Source: Thermoplasmata archaeon (GTDB taxonomy: Archaea > Thermoplasmatota > Thermoplasmata > Lutacidiplasmatales > UBA184). From it: a stretch of DNA of 64,000 nucleotides. Where the stretch lies: contig DAHUZP010000072.1 in NCBI GenBank assembly GCA_027306505.1, positions 3,388 to 67,387 of the forward strand, read 5' to 3'. Shown piece after piece: positions 31,350 through 40,999 of the stretch; positions within the stretch are counted from its first letter, which is position 1, and each line of letters opens with the position of its first letter. The position numbers were made by a program, and so were the translations under genes. The notes beneath the pieces were generated by a model that had not been told where the DNA came from, made no database searches, and was given only the letters and a program-made list of their open reading frames with translations.

Positions 31350-31790
31350 TCAGAACGTCCAGAGCAGGACGAAGATGAGGAGCGCGACGACCGTGATGAC
31401 GGCGAGCGCGACGAGGTAGGGCAGCCAGCCGGGGCGGTTGCCGAACACGACAGGCACAGGGCCGATCAACAGGAACCCTCCGTAGGAAGTGCGGGACGCA
31501 GCGCCGCCGCCCGGTACGGGGGCCTTCGGGCCGGCCGACCGAGGCTCGAGCGCCTCCCCCGCGCGCGAAGCCATGGCCCAGGAGAGCGCGAAGAAACCCA
31601 CGACCAGCAGCACGACGCCCAGCAAGAGGAGCGGGGAGGACCCTGCGACGAAGGGGACGAAGAGGAAGACCCCGACGGTCGCCCCGCCCCGGAAGACCGC
31701 GCCCGCGATCGCACCGATGGCTCCGCCCAGGCACAACATGGCGAGGAGCCAGGGAAGCGCGCCGGACCGCATGGGAAGGTGTCCTGCCAT
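31350..31790 (-). CDS. DUF131 family membrane protein
   Basis: YGGFLLIGPVPVVFG signature and VFLFVPFV. Confidence 0.8.
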   Translation of the reverse strand: MAGHLPMRSGALPWLLAMLCLGGAIGAIAGAVFRGGATVGVFLFVPFVAGSSPLLLLGVVLLVVGFFALSWAMASRAGEALEPRSAGPKAPVPGGGAASRTSYGGFLLIGPVPVVFGNRPGWLPYLVALAVITVVALLIFVLLWTF

Positions 31791-31815
31791 CCTCGAGGGC
31801 TTTCCTGGGGACCTC

Positions 31816-32880
31816 TCAGTGGAAGGTGTCGAACCGGTAGGGAAGCAACGGTCGCTCTCCCAGGGCGGAGAGGAACTCCGGGGGCGTGAGGACCGGCCGG
31901 TCGTAGGAGGAGCCGTCGTCCAGGGCGATCCGAGGGCACGCGGTCGAGACGTAGGCGTCGAGGTCCCTTCCCGTCAGGTCCCGGGGGTCCAGCCGGTCGA
32001 AGATGAGCACCTCCGCCGACCAGCCGCGCTCCGTCGCCTTCTCCGCCAGGCGGGAAGCCATGGCCCGGCGGTCCTGGCCCGCGAAGCTGCTCACCAGCAC
32101 GCCCCAGCGCCGGGCATCCATCGACTTGGCGATGGTGAGCAGGCGCTTCTGGACCATCTTCTCCCGGTCCAGCGGAGGGGTCACATCGACCTGGAGAGGG
32201 TCCAGGGCCCACACGGGCCGTTCCACCGAGAAGGCGAGCCCCAGCGGGTGGAAGAGCCCCGTGCCGACGAACAGGAAACCATCGACCTCCCCTTCGAGGC
32301 CCTGGGCCGTGGTGTAGTTGCAGCCCAACGCCTGGCCTGGGTAGGCGAGCCTACGGTCACCGCCTCCGACGTGCGTCTCGAAGCCCTGAGCGCCCAGGGC
32401 AACCTCGAGGCGGGGAAGCAGCTCCAGGTGTTGGACCGAGGCGACGAGCCCCAGCCGGCGCGGCAACCCGGCCCGGGAGACGGACCCCGCCAGGCGTTGG
32501 ACGTCCCCTTCGGAGGTCCGCATCTCGACGAAGTAGGTGGGGAGGGCGAGAGGCATGTTCGGGATAGGCGCATGGCCCAGCGTCACGATCGCCTGGGCCC
32601 CCGGGGCCTCGCTTGGCGAGGGGGGGTCGCAGGCCCCGAAACAGGCCCTGGTGACATGGACGACCTGAGCGCCCGTCGCCGTCCGGATCTCCTCTCCCAA
32701 GCTCGCGAAGTTCCGGGTGAGCCCTGCCGGCACCTGCAGCACGATCCTCCGGTACTTCGCGGCCCGCAGGTCGGAGAAGAGCTCGGGGCCCACCTCGCGG
32801 TAGACGCTCGAACGGGAGGAGGAGGGGGGAGCCCCCTCCGGCCCGGAGACCTTGTCCGCTTCCACGCTGGGACCGGCCAT
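31816..32880 (-). CDS. dph2: Diphthamide biosynthesis radical-SAM enzyme Dph2
   Basis: VLQVPAGL, CFGACD, GQALGCN, GTGLFH and TACPRIALDD contain the three Fe-S cysteines. Confidence 0.92.
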   Translation of the reverse strand: MAGPSVEADKVSGPEGAPPSSSRSSVYREVGPELFSDLRAAKYRRIVLQVPAGLTRNFASLGEEIRTATGAQVVHVTRACFGACDPPSPSEAPGAQAIVTLGHAPIPNMPLALPTYFVEMRTSEGDVQRLAGSVSRAGLPRRLGLVASVQHLELLPRLEVALGAQGFETHVGGGDRRLAYPGQALGCNYTTAQGLEGEVDGFLFVGTGLFHPLGLAFSVERPVWALDPLQVDVTPPLDREKMVQKRLLTIAKSMDARRWGVLVSSFAGQDRRAMASRLAEKATERGWSAEVLIFDRLDPRDLTGRDLDAYVSTACPRIALDDGSSYDRPVLTPPEFLSALGERPLLPYRFDTFH

Positions 32881-32952
32881 CTTCGACCTGGGGACTCCCA
32901 GGTCCCCGGTGCGCCTTGAGGCTTCCCCACGCCCTGATCGGCGAACCCAGGG

Positions 32953-33402
32953 CTACGGACCGATCCGCTGTTGCAGCCGCAGGAGCGCCTCGCGATTGTC
33001 CGGATGGAAGAGCAAGGAGAGCGCCGCCGACGGAGAACACCAACGGTACGCCTGATGCTCCCGGCTGAGGAGCGGCCGCCGCTCGACCGGGACCTCGGCC
33101 GCGAACCCGTGGACCCGGAACGGCCGCTTCCCGTCCCAGAGGAAGAGGAGGCTCCAACCGAGGTCGATGACCTCTCGCACTTCCGTGAACCCGGTCTCCT
33201 CTTCGGTCTCCCGTAGGGCCGCCGCGGCGTAGGAGGTGTCGGAGGGCTCCACCTTCCCGCTGACCGGCTGCCAGAAGTCCCCGCGGTTCGGTGCACGGCG
33301 GAGCAGGAGGACGCGGAGCGGGTGACGGACGACGACGAAGGCTTCGACGCACTCCTGGACCGGCTCCCACGAGAGAGCGGCAGGGCCCGCCGGTGCCCTC
33401 AA
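32953..33402 (-). CDS. Nudix hydrolase (NudB-like)
   Basis: FWQPVSGKVE..AAALRETEEETG Nudix box and LSREHQAYRW. Start uncertain. Confidence 0.85.
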   Translation of the reverse strand: MRAPAGPAALSWEPVQECVEAFVVVRHPLRVLLLRRAPNRGDFWQPVSGKVEPSDTSYAAAALRETEEETGFTEVREVIDLGWSLLFLWDGKRPFRVHGFAAEVPVERRPLLSREHQAYRWCSPSAALSLLFHPDNREALLRLQQRIGP

Positions 33403-33472
33403 CAGGGCCTCCGTCCAAGAAGCCGCGGGGACCGGGCGGAAGGGAACATGACCTTCCAGCGAAGGGGGCCAC

Positions 33473-33910
33473 TCAGCCCCGGCGCTGCTGGAGCAACCTG
33501 AGGATCGCCTCGGCCGGCTCTCCTCCCGCTTCCTTGAGCGCCCGCACAGCGGTGTCGTGGTCCACCCCGCCTTGTTCCATGACCAGGGCGATGTCCTCCT
33601 CCGGGGGGCCCGCGGGAGCGGTGACCTGGGGGGGATGGGGGTGGGAGCCGGACGCTCCGCTCGCCTCGCCCGACGCCGCTCCGCCCGTCGGTGCGGAGCC
33701 CTTCGGGCGGGTCGAGACCTCGCCCACGATCTGGAAGGTCTTGACCCCCTGCATCGTGACGACGGTCACCTCCGCGCCCTGGATGACCATCTCCTCGTTC
33801 GCCCGGCGGATGATGACCTCCTCCACATCGGAGAGGGTCTCCGTCGACATGCCCATGCGCTTCATCATGAAGCGCATGTTCCGCTCGTTCATCCGACCCC
33901 CAGGCATCAT
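33473..33910 (-). CDS. nac: Nascent polypeptide-associated complex protein
   Basis: MMKRMGM..VEEVII NAC domain, and a C-terminal UBA-like EDIALVMEQGGVD..A..AL..GEPAEAI. Confidence 0.92.
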   Translation of the reverse strand: MMPGGRMNERNMRFMMKRMGMSTETLSDVEEVIIRRANEEMVIQGAEVTVVTMQGVKTFQIVGEVSTRPKGSAPTGGAASGEASGASGSHPHPPQVTAPAGPPEEDIALVMEQGGVDHDTAVRALKEAGGEPAEAILRLLQQRRG

Positions 33911-33946
33911 GGACGCTGCTCCTCCAGGGAAGGGGAAGGCGGGGCT

Positions 33947-35203
33947 TTAGGCTCGACGGGAGCGGGGGCGTGCGGAGCTGGGGACGTCCTGCATCGACTC
34001 GGGAAGCTTCCGGTCGACCTCGGGGTCGCTCAGGAGCTCCGCGCTCCCCGAGGGGACGAAGCGTCGGGAGTGTCCCCGGACCCGGTCCCTGGCCCCTTCC
34101 CTCGAGCCCCGGACCTGCCGCTCCAGCTCTTCCATCACGTCCGCGGTCGCCTTGAGCAGATTGTAGTCGGTCCTGGAAGCGTTGAAGATGTGGCTATGTC
34201 CGTGCAGGCGGACCTCGATGGTCATCGCCCCCAAGCCGCGGGTGGGGTGGGAGACCACGTGGACGGAGAGCATCCGGGGCTCCTCGGCCCGGGCGATGCG
34301 CTTCAATCCCTTGCTGAGGACCGCATCCAGGTCGGTCATGAGCGTGGGGTCGGTCCCCGCCGCGAGCCCGGAGATCTGGATGTAGACCCCGGAAGCCTCC
34401 GGCGTGTGCCGGACGGCGAGGCTCAGGAGGTCCGCCTGGGAGACGCGGCCGAGCAGGCTCTGCTGCTCGGTCACGAAGACGCTGGAGGACCGTCCTTTGA
34501 GCATCATCCGCGCGGCCTCTCCGGCCGTCGTGGTCCGGGTGAGCGTCAGGGGGGGCTGGGTCATGATTGACCGGACCTGGGCGTCCTCCGGGGCGGTCTC
34601 GAGACCGGGGTCCTTCTTCCCGCCGGCCATCGGTCGCCAGAAGGCGTTGGCCACGTCGGAGAGCGTCACCGAGCCCACGAGCTTGTGGTCCCGGTCGAGG
34701 ACCGGCAGGGCGTGCTCTTCGAGCTCACGCAGGTGCGAGAACAGCGTCCGGCAGGGTTCGTCCGCCCCCACCTGCTGCGTCGTGGGGCTCATCACCTCAG
34801 AGACCAGATGCTCCGCGAGCTTCGGGAGGGCGGGCAGCGCCCGGACCAGGTCGGTCCGGGAGACCACGCCGAGCAGGGTGCCCCGCTTCGGGTCCACGAC
34901 GCATCCCGCGCGTCGTCCGGAGGCGAGCAGCTTCTCCGCGATCTCGGGGAAGGGCAGGTCGGGCGGAAGGGTCGGTGGGAGGATCATGATGTGCTCGAGC
35001 TTCGTCGAGAGCGTGAGGGTGTGGCGGCGCCCCAGGGCATCGTAGGTGACCATCCCCACCATCTTCCCCTTGCGGAGGACGACGATCTCGTGGATCCGCT
35101 TGCTTCGCATCACTCCGAGCGCTTTGGACAGGGTGTCATGGGCCTCAGCGGTGATGGGGTCGGCGGACATCAGCTCCGAGGCCACGGGCCATTCCTTCGG
35201 CAT
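33947..35203 (-). CDS. Four-CBS-domain protein fused to a C-terminal HPF/RaiA-like domain (putative ribosome hibernation factor)
   Basis: Four CBS repeats (LMSADP, IMILPP, VMSPT, IMTQPP), then VYIQISGL...YNLLKATADVMEELERQV with the beta-alpha-beta-beta-beta-alpha HPF pattern. Confidence 0.8.
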   Translation of the reverse strand: MPKEWPVASELMSADPITAEAHDTLSKALGVMRSKRIHEIVVLRKGKMVGMVTYDALGRRHTLTLSTKLEHIMILPPTLPPDLPFPEIAEKLLASGRRAGCVVDPKRGTLLGVVSRTDLVRALPALPKLAEHLVSEVMSPTTQQVGADEPCRTLFSHLRELEEHALPVLDRDHKLVGSVTLSDVANAFWRPMAGGKKDPGLETAPEDAQVRSIMTQPPLTLTRTTTAGEAARMMLKGRSSSVFVTEQQSLLGRVSQADLLSLAVRHTPEASGVYIQISGLAAGTDPTLMTDLDAVLSKGLKRIARAEEPRMLSVHVVSHPTRGLGAMTIEVRLHGHSHIFNASRTDYNLLKATADVMEELERQVRGSREGARDRVRGHSRRFVPSGSAELLSDPEVDRKLPESMQDVPSSARPRSRRA

Positions 35204-35278
35204 GTTCGACCGCGGGGCCACCCCCTCCCCCGTAAATAGGGTGCGGGTGGAGCCGGCGGACAGGAGGCGGCGGTGCCT

Positions 35279-35788
35279 TCAGAGGTCGCGGCTCAGCTGG
35301 TAGCCGTTCTCCCCGTCCGAGTAGTAGCCCCGCAAGAGGTCGTTCACGGAGAACCCGAAGCGGGTGTAGAAGCGGATCGCGGTCGCGTTCCCGACGCGGA
35401 CCTCCAGGGTCACCCGGACCATCCCCCGGGCCCGGCACCGCTGGAAGAACACGTCCATGAGGTGGGCCCCGACCCCGCGCGACCTCCACCGGGAGTCCAC
35501 CGCGAACATCAGCACCCGGGCCTCCCCAGGCACCTGGTTCACGCCCAGCAAGAACCCCTGGGGTACCCCCGAGCGGTCCTGGGCGACCAGGAACCCTTGC
35601 GGCCATTGCTGGCTGAGGGAGGTGTAGAGCGAAGGTTCGTAGTGCTCGCGAAGAGCGTCCGCGACGATCTCGGAGATGCGCGGGATGTCCCGGGGATGGA
35701 AGTTGCGGAGGTAGACGGCCCCCCCCGCGAAGGGCTCGAGAGCGTAGCCTTGCTCCGGGCGCGGAGCCGTGTCAGCGATACATCTCAC
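35279..35788 (-). CDS. RimI/Ard1-like GNAT N-acetyltransferase
   Basis: FAVDSRWRSRGVGAHL, LEVRVGNATAIRFYTRFGF and YYSDGENG. Confidence 0.88.
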   Translation of the reverse strand: MRCIADTAPRPEQGYALEPFAGGAVYLRNFHPRDIPRISEIVADALREHYEPSLYTSLSQQWPQGFLVAQDRSGVPQGFLLGVNQVPGEARVLMFAVDSRWRSRGVGAHLMDVFFQRCRARGMVRVTLEVRVGNATAIRFYTRFGFSVNDLLRGYYSDGENGYQLSRDL

Positions 35789-36530
35789 CCCCGCCAGGTT
35801 CCTTGAGGGTCTTGAGCGACTCCTCCTGCTGGCTCATGTTCTTGCGGAGCTCGAGCTCGATCTCGGCCGCCTTCCGACGGAGCGGCTTGGTGTCGAAGAC
35901 GAGCATCGGGACCATGGGGTTGATCACCTCGAGGATCCGAGCGGCGGCCCGGGCGTCCGGGTGACCCCGGTGGGCCTGGGAGACCAGGCAGAGGACCCTC
36001 GTGCTCCGGTCCACGCTCGAGAGGAGCAGCGCCCCTGCGAAGCCCGTGACCAGGCCGTCCGCCCGGTCGAAGCCGTAGGTGTCGAGCAGGGGGGCGGCGG
36101 CCTTGTTCGCCATCGCGACGACACGTACCTCCGCGTCGCTGGTCTCCTCCACCGGCTGACCCTCGAGCGCCACCACCAGGTCGATGCCCTTCTTCTCCGC
36201 GAAGTCGAGCAGGCTCTTGCCGATCGAGTTGAGGAGCGTGGGGGAGGGCTGGATGTCGGAGAGGACCGCGACCAACTGGTTCGACTTCTTGTTGACCCCG
36301 CAGACGGTCCGGCTAGCGTAGAAGCGCACCGGGGGGCTCACCACGCCCCCCTCCATGACCACGGTGGGGGGGAACTCCTCGCTCGTCATGTAGGCGATCG
36401 GGGACATGTCGAGGGAGTGGCGCAGGTAGCTCACCGCGACGGAGCCGACCAGCCCGTGCGTCGGGAACCCGACGACGAGCATCGACCCCTTCAGGGAGTT
36501 GTTCTTCGTCTCGACGATCTTCGGGTCCAT
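35772..36530 (-). CDS. PAC2 family proteasome assembly chaperone
   Basis: VGFPTHGLVG, PPVRFY and HPDARAAA, ending in an aromatic-X tail (EMYR). Start placed at MDPKIV (36530). Confidence 0.88.
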   Translation of the reverse strand: MDPKIVETKNNSLKGSMLVVGFPTHGLVGSVAVSYLRHSLDMSPIAYMTSEEFPPTVVMEGGVVSPPVRFYASRTVCGVNKKSNQLVAVLSDIQPSPTLLNSIGKSLLDFAEKKGIDLVVALEGQPVEETSDAEVRVVAMANKAAAPLLDTYGFDRADGLVTGFAGALLLSSVDRSTRVLCLVSQAHRGHPDARAAARILEVINPMVPMLVFDTKPLRRKAAEIELELRKNMSQQEESLKTLKEPGGGEMYR

Positions 36531-36742
36531 GTCCTGCCCGTCCAAGGGAGCGATGGGTGAGCGAAGCAGGGCGTGCCGGCATATGGCCGTTTCCTTCCGT
36601 TCCGACCGCGCCCGAAGAGCGACCCGCGTGCCCCGGACCGCGCGTTCGGGCCCGGGGAAACGTCCGACGCGACCTCGCCCGAAGGTACCGGGCCCTCGCT
36701 TCACCGTCGAGCTTATCAACCGGACCTCGGCTTGCCTCGCGC

Positions 36743-38011
36743 GTGAAGGTCCTCATCACCGGGGTGGACGGATACTCAGGCTGGCCGCTCGCGCTGCACC
36801 TCCTGAAGCGAGGGCACGAGGTCGTGGGGATCGACAACTTCCTCACCCGCCAAAGGGTGGCCGAGGTGGGGAGCTGGTCGGCGACCCCCATCCTCGACAT
36901 GCACGAGCGGAGGAAGGCGCTCGAGGAGCACGGGGTCAAGGGGTTCCGGTTCTACGAAGGGGACCTGTGCGACTTCTCCACCGTGAGGCACATCCTGCAC
37001 AAGGAACATCCCGACTCGATCGTCCATCTGGGGGAGCAGCGGAGCGCACCCTACTCGATGATCGACGTGCACCACGCGGTCGCGACCCAGTGTCAGAACA
37101 TCACCTCCACGCTCAACATCGTCTACGCGATGAAGGACGAGTGCCCCAAGTCGCACCTGGTCAAGATGGGCACGATGGGGGAGTACGGCACCCCGAACCT
37201 GGACATCGCGGAGGGGTTCTTCGAGGTCGAGTTCCGGGGCCGCAAGGACCGGGTCCCGTTCCCCCGCCAGGCCTCCAGCTGGTACCACTGGTCGAAGGTC
37301 TTCGACACCGGCGACGTGATGCTCGCGAACAAGCTCTGGGGCCTCCCCACCACGGACGTGATGCAGGGGGTCATCTACGGGACCCGGACCGCCGAGATCT
37401 CGGAGGACTGGCAGCTCACCCGGTTCGACTTCGACGAGGTGTGGGGGACCGCGCTCAACCGCTTCTGCGTCCAAGCGGTGCTGGGGATGCCCCTCACCCC
37501 CTATGGGAAGGGGGGCCAGAAGCGCGGGTTCATCGCGCTGGAGGACTCCATGCAGAGCCTGCGGCTCTCGGTGGAGAACCCGGCCGCCAAAGGGGAGTAC
37601 CGGGTCTTCAACCAGTTCGATGAGGCCTACTCCATCACGGACCTCGCGAAGCTGGTGGTCAAGGTGGGAGCGAAGCTAGGGATCTCCGCGGAGATCCACA
37701 ACTCCTACAACCCCAGGGTCGAGGCCGAGGAGCACTACTACAACCCGCTCCACGACAACCTGCTGAAGCTGGGCTACCGGCACCAGCGCACGCTCGAGGA
37801 GGCCCTGGAGTGGATGCTCACGGACCTCAAGCGCTTCCACAAGCGCCTCGAGGCGAAGCGCGAGGTGGTCATGCCCCGGATGGACTTCCGCGAGGCGGAC
37901 AACCGCACCCGGCTCCACATCGCTCCCCCCACCCGCCGCGCCGCGAGCGCGCCCAGCCCCCCCAAGAGCCCACCGAACCTCGTGAGCTCGTCGTCCGCGG
38001 CGGAGAACTGA
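36743..38011 (+). CDS. sqdB: UDP-sulfoquinovose synthase (SqdB/SQD1/Agl3 family)
   Basis: ITGVDGYSGW, IDNFLTR, GEQRSAPYSM, KMGTMGEYGTP, WYHWSK, QGVIYG, GTALNRFCVQA and NPRVEAEEHYY. GTG start at 36743. Confidence 0.92.
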   Translation: MKVLITGVDGYSGWPLALHLLKRGHEVVGIDNFLTRQRVAEVGSWSATPILDMHERRKALEEHGVKGFRFYEGDLCDFSTVRHILHKEHPDSIVHLGEQRSAPYSMIDVHHAVATQCQNITSTLNIVYAMKDECPKSHLVKMGTMGEYGTPNLDIAEGFFEVEFRGRKDRVPFPRQASSWYHWSKVFDTGDVMLANKLWGLPTTDVMQGVIYGTRTAEISEDWQLTRFDFDEVWGTALNRFCVQAVLGMPLTPYGKGGQKRGFIALEDSMQSLRLSVENPAAKGEYRVFNQFDEAYSITDLAKLVVKVGAKLGISAEIHNSYNPRVEAEEHYYNPLHDNLLKLGYRHQRTLEEALEWMLTDLKRFHKRLEAKREVVMPRMDFREADNRTRLHIAPPTRRAASAPSPPKSPPNLVSSSSAAEN

Positions 38012-38139
38012 GACCGGTCAGGGTGACCTCGAGGTCAGGAGCGGCCTGGTCGTTCGCCTTCCGGTAGGCGGGTAGGATCGATGGGAAGAGGAACCACGCG
38101 GTGGCCGGTCCGTCCCCCAGGTCCCCGGGAGAGTGCGCG

Positions 38140-39021
38140 ATGAAGGCCGTCGTGACGATGGCCGGGGAGGGCACGCGCATGCTCCCCGCGACCCGGGGGC
38201 TCCGCAAGGAGATGCTCCCCCTGTTCTACCGGGGCAGGCAGGGGAACCCGACGCTCGCCCCCGTCGCCCATCTCGTCGTCCGGACACTGCACGCGGCGGG
38301 CGTCGACGACCTCACGGTCATCGTCTCACCTGACCAGGAGGCCGTGGTCCGCTACTTCCAGCCGGACGACGCGTTCATCGCACGGCACCTGCACCACCCC
38401 GAGCGGCTGGTGGAGACCCTCGCCCTGCACCACCTCCTCTCCGAGATGGAGTTCCACTGGGTGACCCAGAGGGCCCCCAAGGGTTTCGGCGACGCCCTCT
38501 TGAGGGCCAGGGACCGGATCGGCCGGGAGCCTTTCGTGCTCCACGCGGCGGACGCGGTGCTCTGGGAGCCGGTCCCCGGCCGGCTCCCCCGCGCCATGGA
38601 CGCCCTGCGCCGGAAGGAAGGGGCCCGGGTCGTGCTCTTGGTCCGCCGGGTCCCCGAACCCCGTAACTATGGGGTCGTCGAGGGCACCTGGGCGGGAAGG
38701 ATCGACGGGGCCCGCTACCTCAGGGTCGCCCGCATGGAGGAGAAGCCGGAGCGACCCCGCAGCTCCTGGGCGGCGACCGCCGTATACGCCTTCGCCCCCG
38801 AGATCTTCGACGCGCTCGAGTCCGAGGCCCGCCGCCGACCCTCCGAGCTCGAGGTCACCTCGGCCATCTCCCGATTGATCCAGGAGGGGGAGAAGGTGTT
38901 CGCGGTCGTCCTCGCCCCGAAGGAGGGGCAATGGCTCTCGGTGGGCTCCCCGGAGGGCTACCTCCGCGCCGTTAGGCGGACCTACGCGCTCGCCCGCAGG
39001 GTGCCCCCGCGCACCGCGTGA
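38140..39021 (+). CDS. Sugar-phosphate nucleotidyltransferase (GalU-like)
   Basis: KAVVTMAGEGTRMLPAT..KEMLP, QRAPKGFGDA and EEKP. Confidence 0.85.
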   Translation: MKAVVTMAGEGTRMLPATRGLRKEMLPLFYRGRQGNPTLAPVAHLVVRTLHAAGVDDLTVIVSPDQEAVVRYFQPDDAFIARHLHHPERLVETLALHHLLSEMEFHWVTQRAPKGFGDALLRARDRIGREPFVLHAADAVLWEPVPGRLPRAMDALRRKEGARVVLLVRRVPEPRNYGVVEGTWAGRIDGARYLRVARMEEKPERPRSSWAATAVYAFAPEIFDALESEARRRPSELEVTSAISRLIQEGEKVFAVVLAPKEGQWLSVGSPEGYLRAVRRTYALARRVPPRTA

Positions 39022-39136
39022 CGGCTGGTCTCCCACTCCCGACGACCTCAAGAGGGCGGGGTCCCTGGACAGCTGGCTCCGACGCCGGGCCCGAGGGGGG
39101 CACGGCGGGTAGCTTAATGCGCGGTCATACGCATGC

Positions 39137-40012
39137 ATGCATAGGGGGGAGGTCGAGCAGGTGGGTCCACAATCGCCCCGGTCGAAGCCGGAGGGCCCCC
39201 GGGGGAGCTCTCCGGAGGAAGCGCCCTCAGGGGCGGGGCTCCTCGACGCGCTGCTTCGCGAGCTCAACGAGGATGGGCTGGAGGGCTCTGCCACCCGGGC
39301 GGAGGGGGGTTCCGTGCCCGAGGAGAGCCCAGAGGGAGCCTCAGCGGAGCCCCAGGTAGGGCCCTCCAGTGCCTCCGGCCTCTCTGCGTACCCCTCCCAG
39401 GGGGTGGCGCCCTCCGACTCGGAGCTTACCGGTGAGAGACCCGCCGATCACCTTTCCGAGCTCACCCGTGCCGTGGAGCTCGCCCGGGCGGAGACCGGGT
39501 CGTTGCGGGCCGCGCTCGGGCTCCAGCAGTCCGTCGAGACCGACCTCCGGCGGGAGCTTCAGGAGACCCGAAGCGCCCTCAAAGAGGCGAAGGCCCGGCT
39601 CAACGAGGCCTCCTCCAAGTTCCTTCCGGCGGCCCCCGTCGCGTTCCTCTCTCCGGACGGGCGCACCATCGCGCGGCGGGCCTTCTACGCTCTGGGCCGG
39701 GGGGAGGCCCTGGACGGGTACCTGAGCGAGCTCCTCGCGGGGTGGGAGAGGGAGGGCAGGAAGATCGTGCCCTCGTACGACCCGCGCACCGGGATCACCC
39801 TCACCGTCGAGGGCGACCCGGACCGCAGGTTCCTGCGGGTCCTCACCTCCGGGATCCTCCTCGTGCACCTCAACGAGGAGGAGATGAAGGCGGTCGGAGA
39901 GCTTCCCCCCCTGGTCCGGGCCTCGAACCGGTCGCGGAGCCCCGCGACCGGCTCCCAGGAAGGAGGGGCCTCGGGGACGTCCCAGGGGAAGGAAGGGACC
40001 AGCCGTTCGTGA
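39137..40012 (+). CDS. Hypothetical protein with coiled-coil
   Basis: Low-complexity N-terminus, heptad-rich middle and globular C-terminus. TTAAT box about 22 nt upstream. Confidence 0.6.
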   Translation: MHRGEVEQVGPQSPRSKPEGPRGSSPEEAPSGAGLLDALLRELNEDGLEGSATRAEGGSVPEESPEGASAEPQVGPSSASGLSAYPSQGVAPSDSELTGERPADHLSELTRAVELARAETGSLRAALGLQQSVETDLRRELQETRSALKEAKARLNEASSKFLPAAPVAFLSPDGRTIARRAFYALGRGEALDGYLSELLAGWEREGRKIVPSYDPRTGITLTVEGDPDRRFLRVLTSGILLVHLNEEEMKAVGELPPLVRASNRSRSPATGSQEGGASGTSQGKEGTSRS

Positions 40013-40080
40013 GGCCCGCCGGGGCCCAGCCTCCAGCGCTCCCCCCCCAAACTTAAATCGTGAGCCCGGTGGACATCCCG

Positions 40081-40860
40081 ATGGCGTCCGCCGCCCCCCC
40101 CGAGGTCATCGGAGAGCGCGTGCTGGACGGCGTGGGATGGGTCCGGGGTCCCGTGGCCAACGTCTTCACCTTCCGCGAAGGGGGACGGATCTACCTCGTC
40201 GACTCGGGCTTCCCTCACAACGCCTCGAAGGTCCGCCTCGCCTTCCGCGAGGCGGGGTTGCCCCTCTCCTCGCTCACCGACATCCTGCTCACCCACCAGC
40301 ATCCCGACCACGTCGGTGGCGCGGCGTACCTCCGGTGGGTGACCCACGCGAAGGTGTCCTGTCACGAGATGGACGCGCCGACGGTGGAAGGGAAGGGACC
40401 GATGATGGCCCCCCTCTTCGTTCGCCTGTTCCTCTCTCCCCAGCCGGTCCAGGTCGATCGGGTGCTCCGGGAGGGCGATCAGGTGGGCCCGTTCACCGTC
40501 GTCTGGGCCCCTGGCCACACGCTAGGGAGCGTCGCGTTCTACCATCCGGAACGGAAGCTGCTCTTCTGCGGCGATGCCCTGGTGACCTCCCGACGCGGGG
40601 CCGCGCTCGCCCGACCGTTCTCCAACTTCGACCCGGACCAGGCGATCTCCTCCGTGGAGAAGCTCGCCTCGCTCGAGGTGTCCGCAGTCTTCGCCGGCCA
40701 CGGTCATCCGATCCTCTCCAACGGCGGCCGCGCGCTCCGCGAAGCGGCGAAGAAGGTCAGCAAGAGGGCGGAGCACCGCTGGTGGACGCTCGTCGGGCCC
40801 GAAGGGCACCCCGAGACCCACCCGAAACCCGAGCCGCCGCCCACCCCGCGCTCCGCCTGA
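40081..40860 (+). CDS. MBL-fold metallo-hydrolase
   Basis: LVDSG, THQHPDHVGG, PGHT, GDAL and GHG. AAACTTAAAT box upstream. Confidence 0.9.
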   Translation: MASAAPPEVIGERVLDGVGWVRGPVANVFTFREGGRIYLVDSGFPHNASKVRLAFREAGLPLSSLTDILLTHQHPDHVGGAAYLRWVTHAKVSCHEMDAPTVEGKGPMMAPLFVRLFLSPQPVQVDRVLREGDQVGPFTVVWAPGHTLGSVAFYHPERKLLFCGDALVTSRRGAALARPFSNFDPDQAISSVEKLASLEVSAVFAGHGHPILSNGGRALREAAKKVSKRAEHRWWTLVGPEGHPETHPKPEPPPTPRSA

Positions 40861-40999
40861 GGGCGAGGTACGGGGCGCTTGGGAGCCCCGCGCCGGATTT
40901 GGGTTTTTAAACCTTTCTACTCACATTCAAGAGAGGGCGGGGCTGTCGACTCCTCCGGCATACGGTGTCTCATAGAGGGCGCATGGGGGTCGTTCGGAC

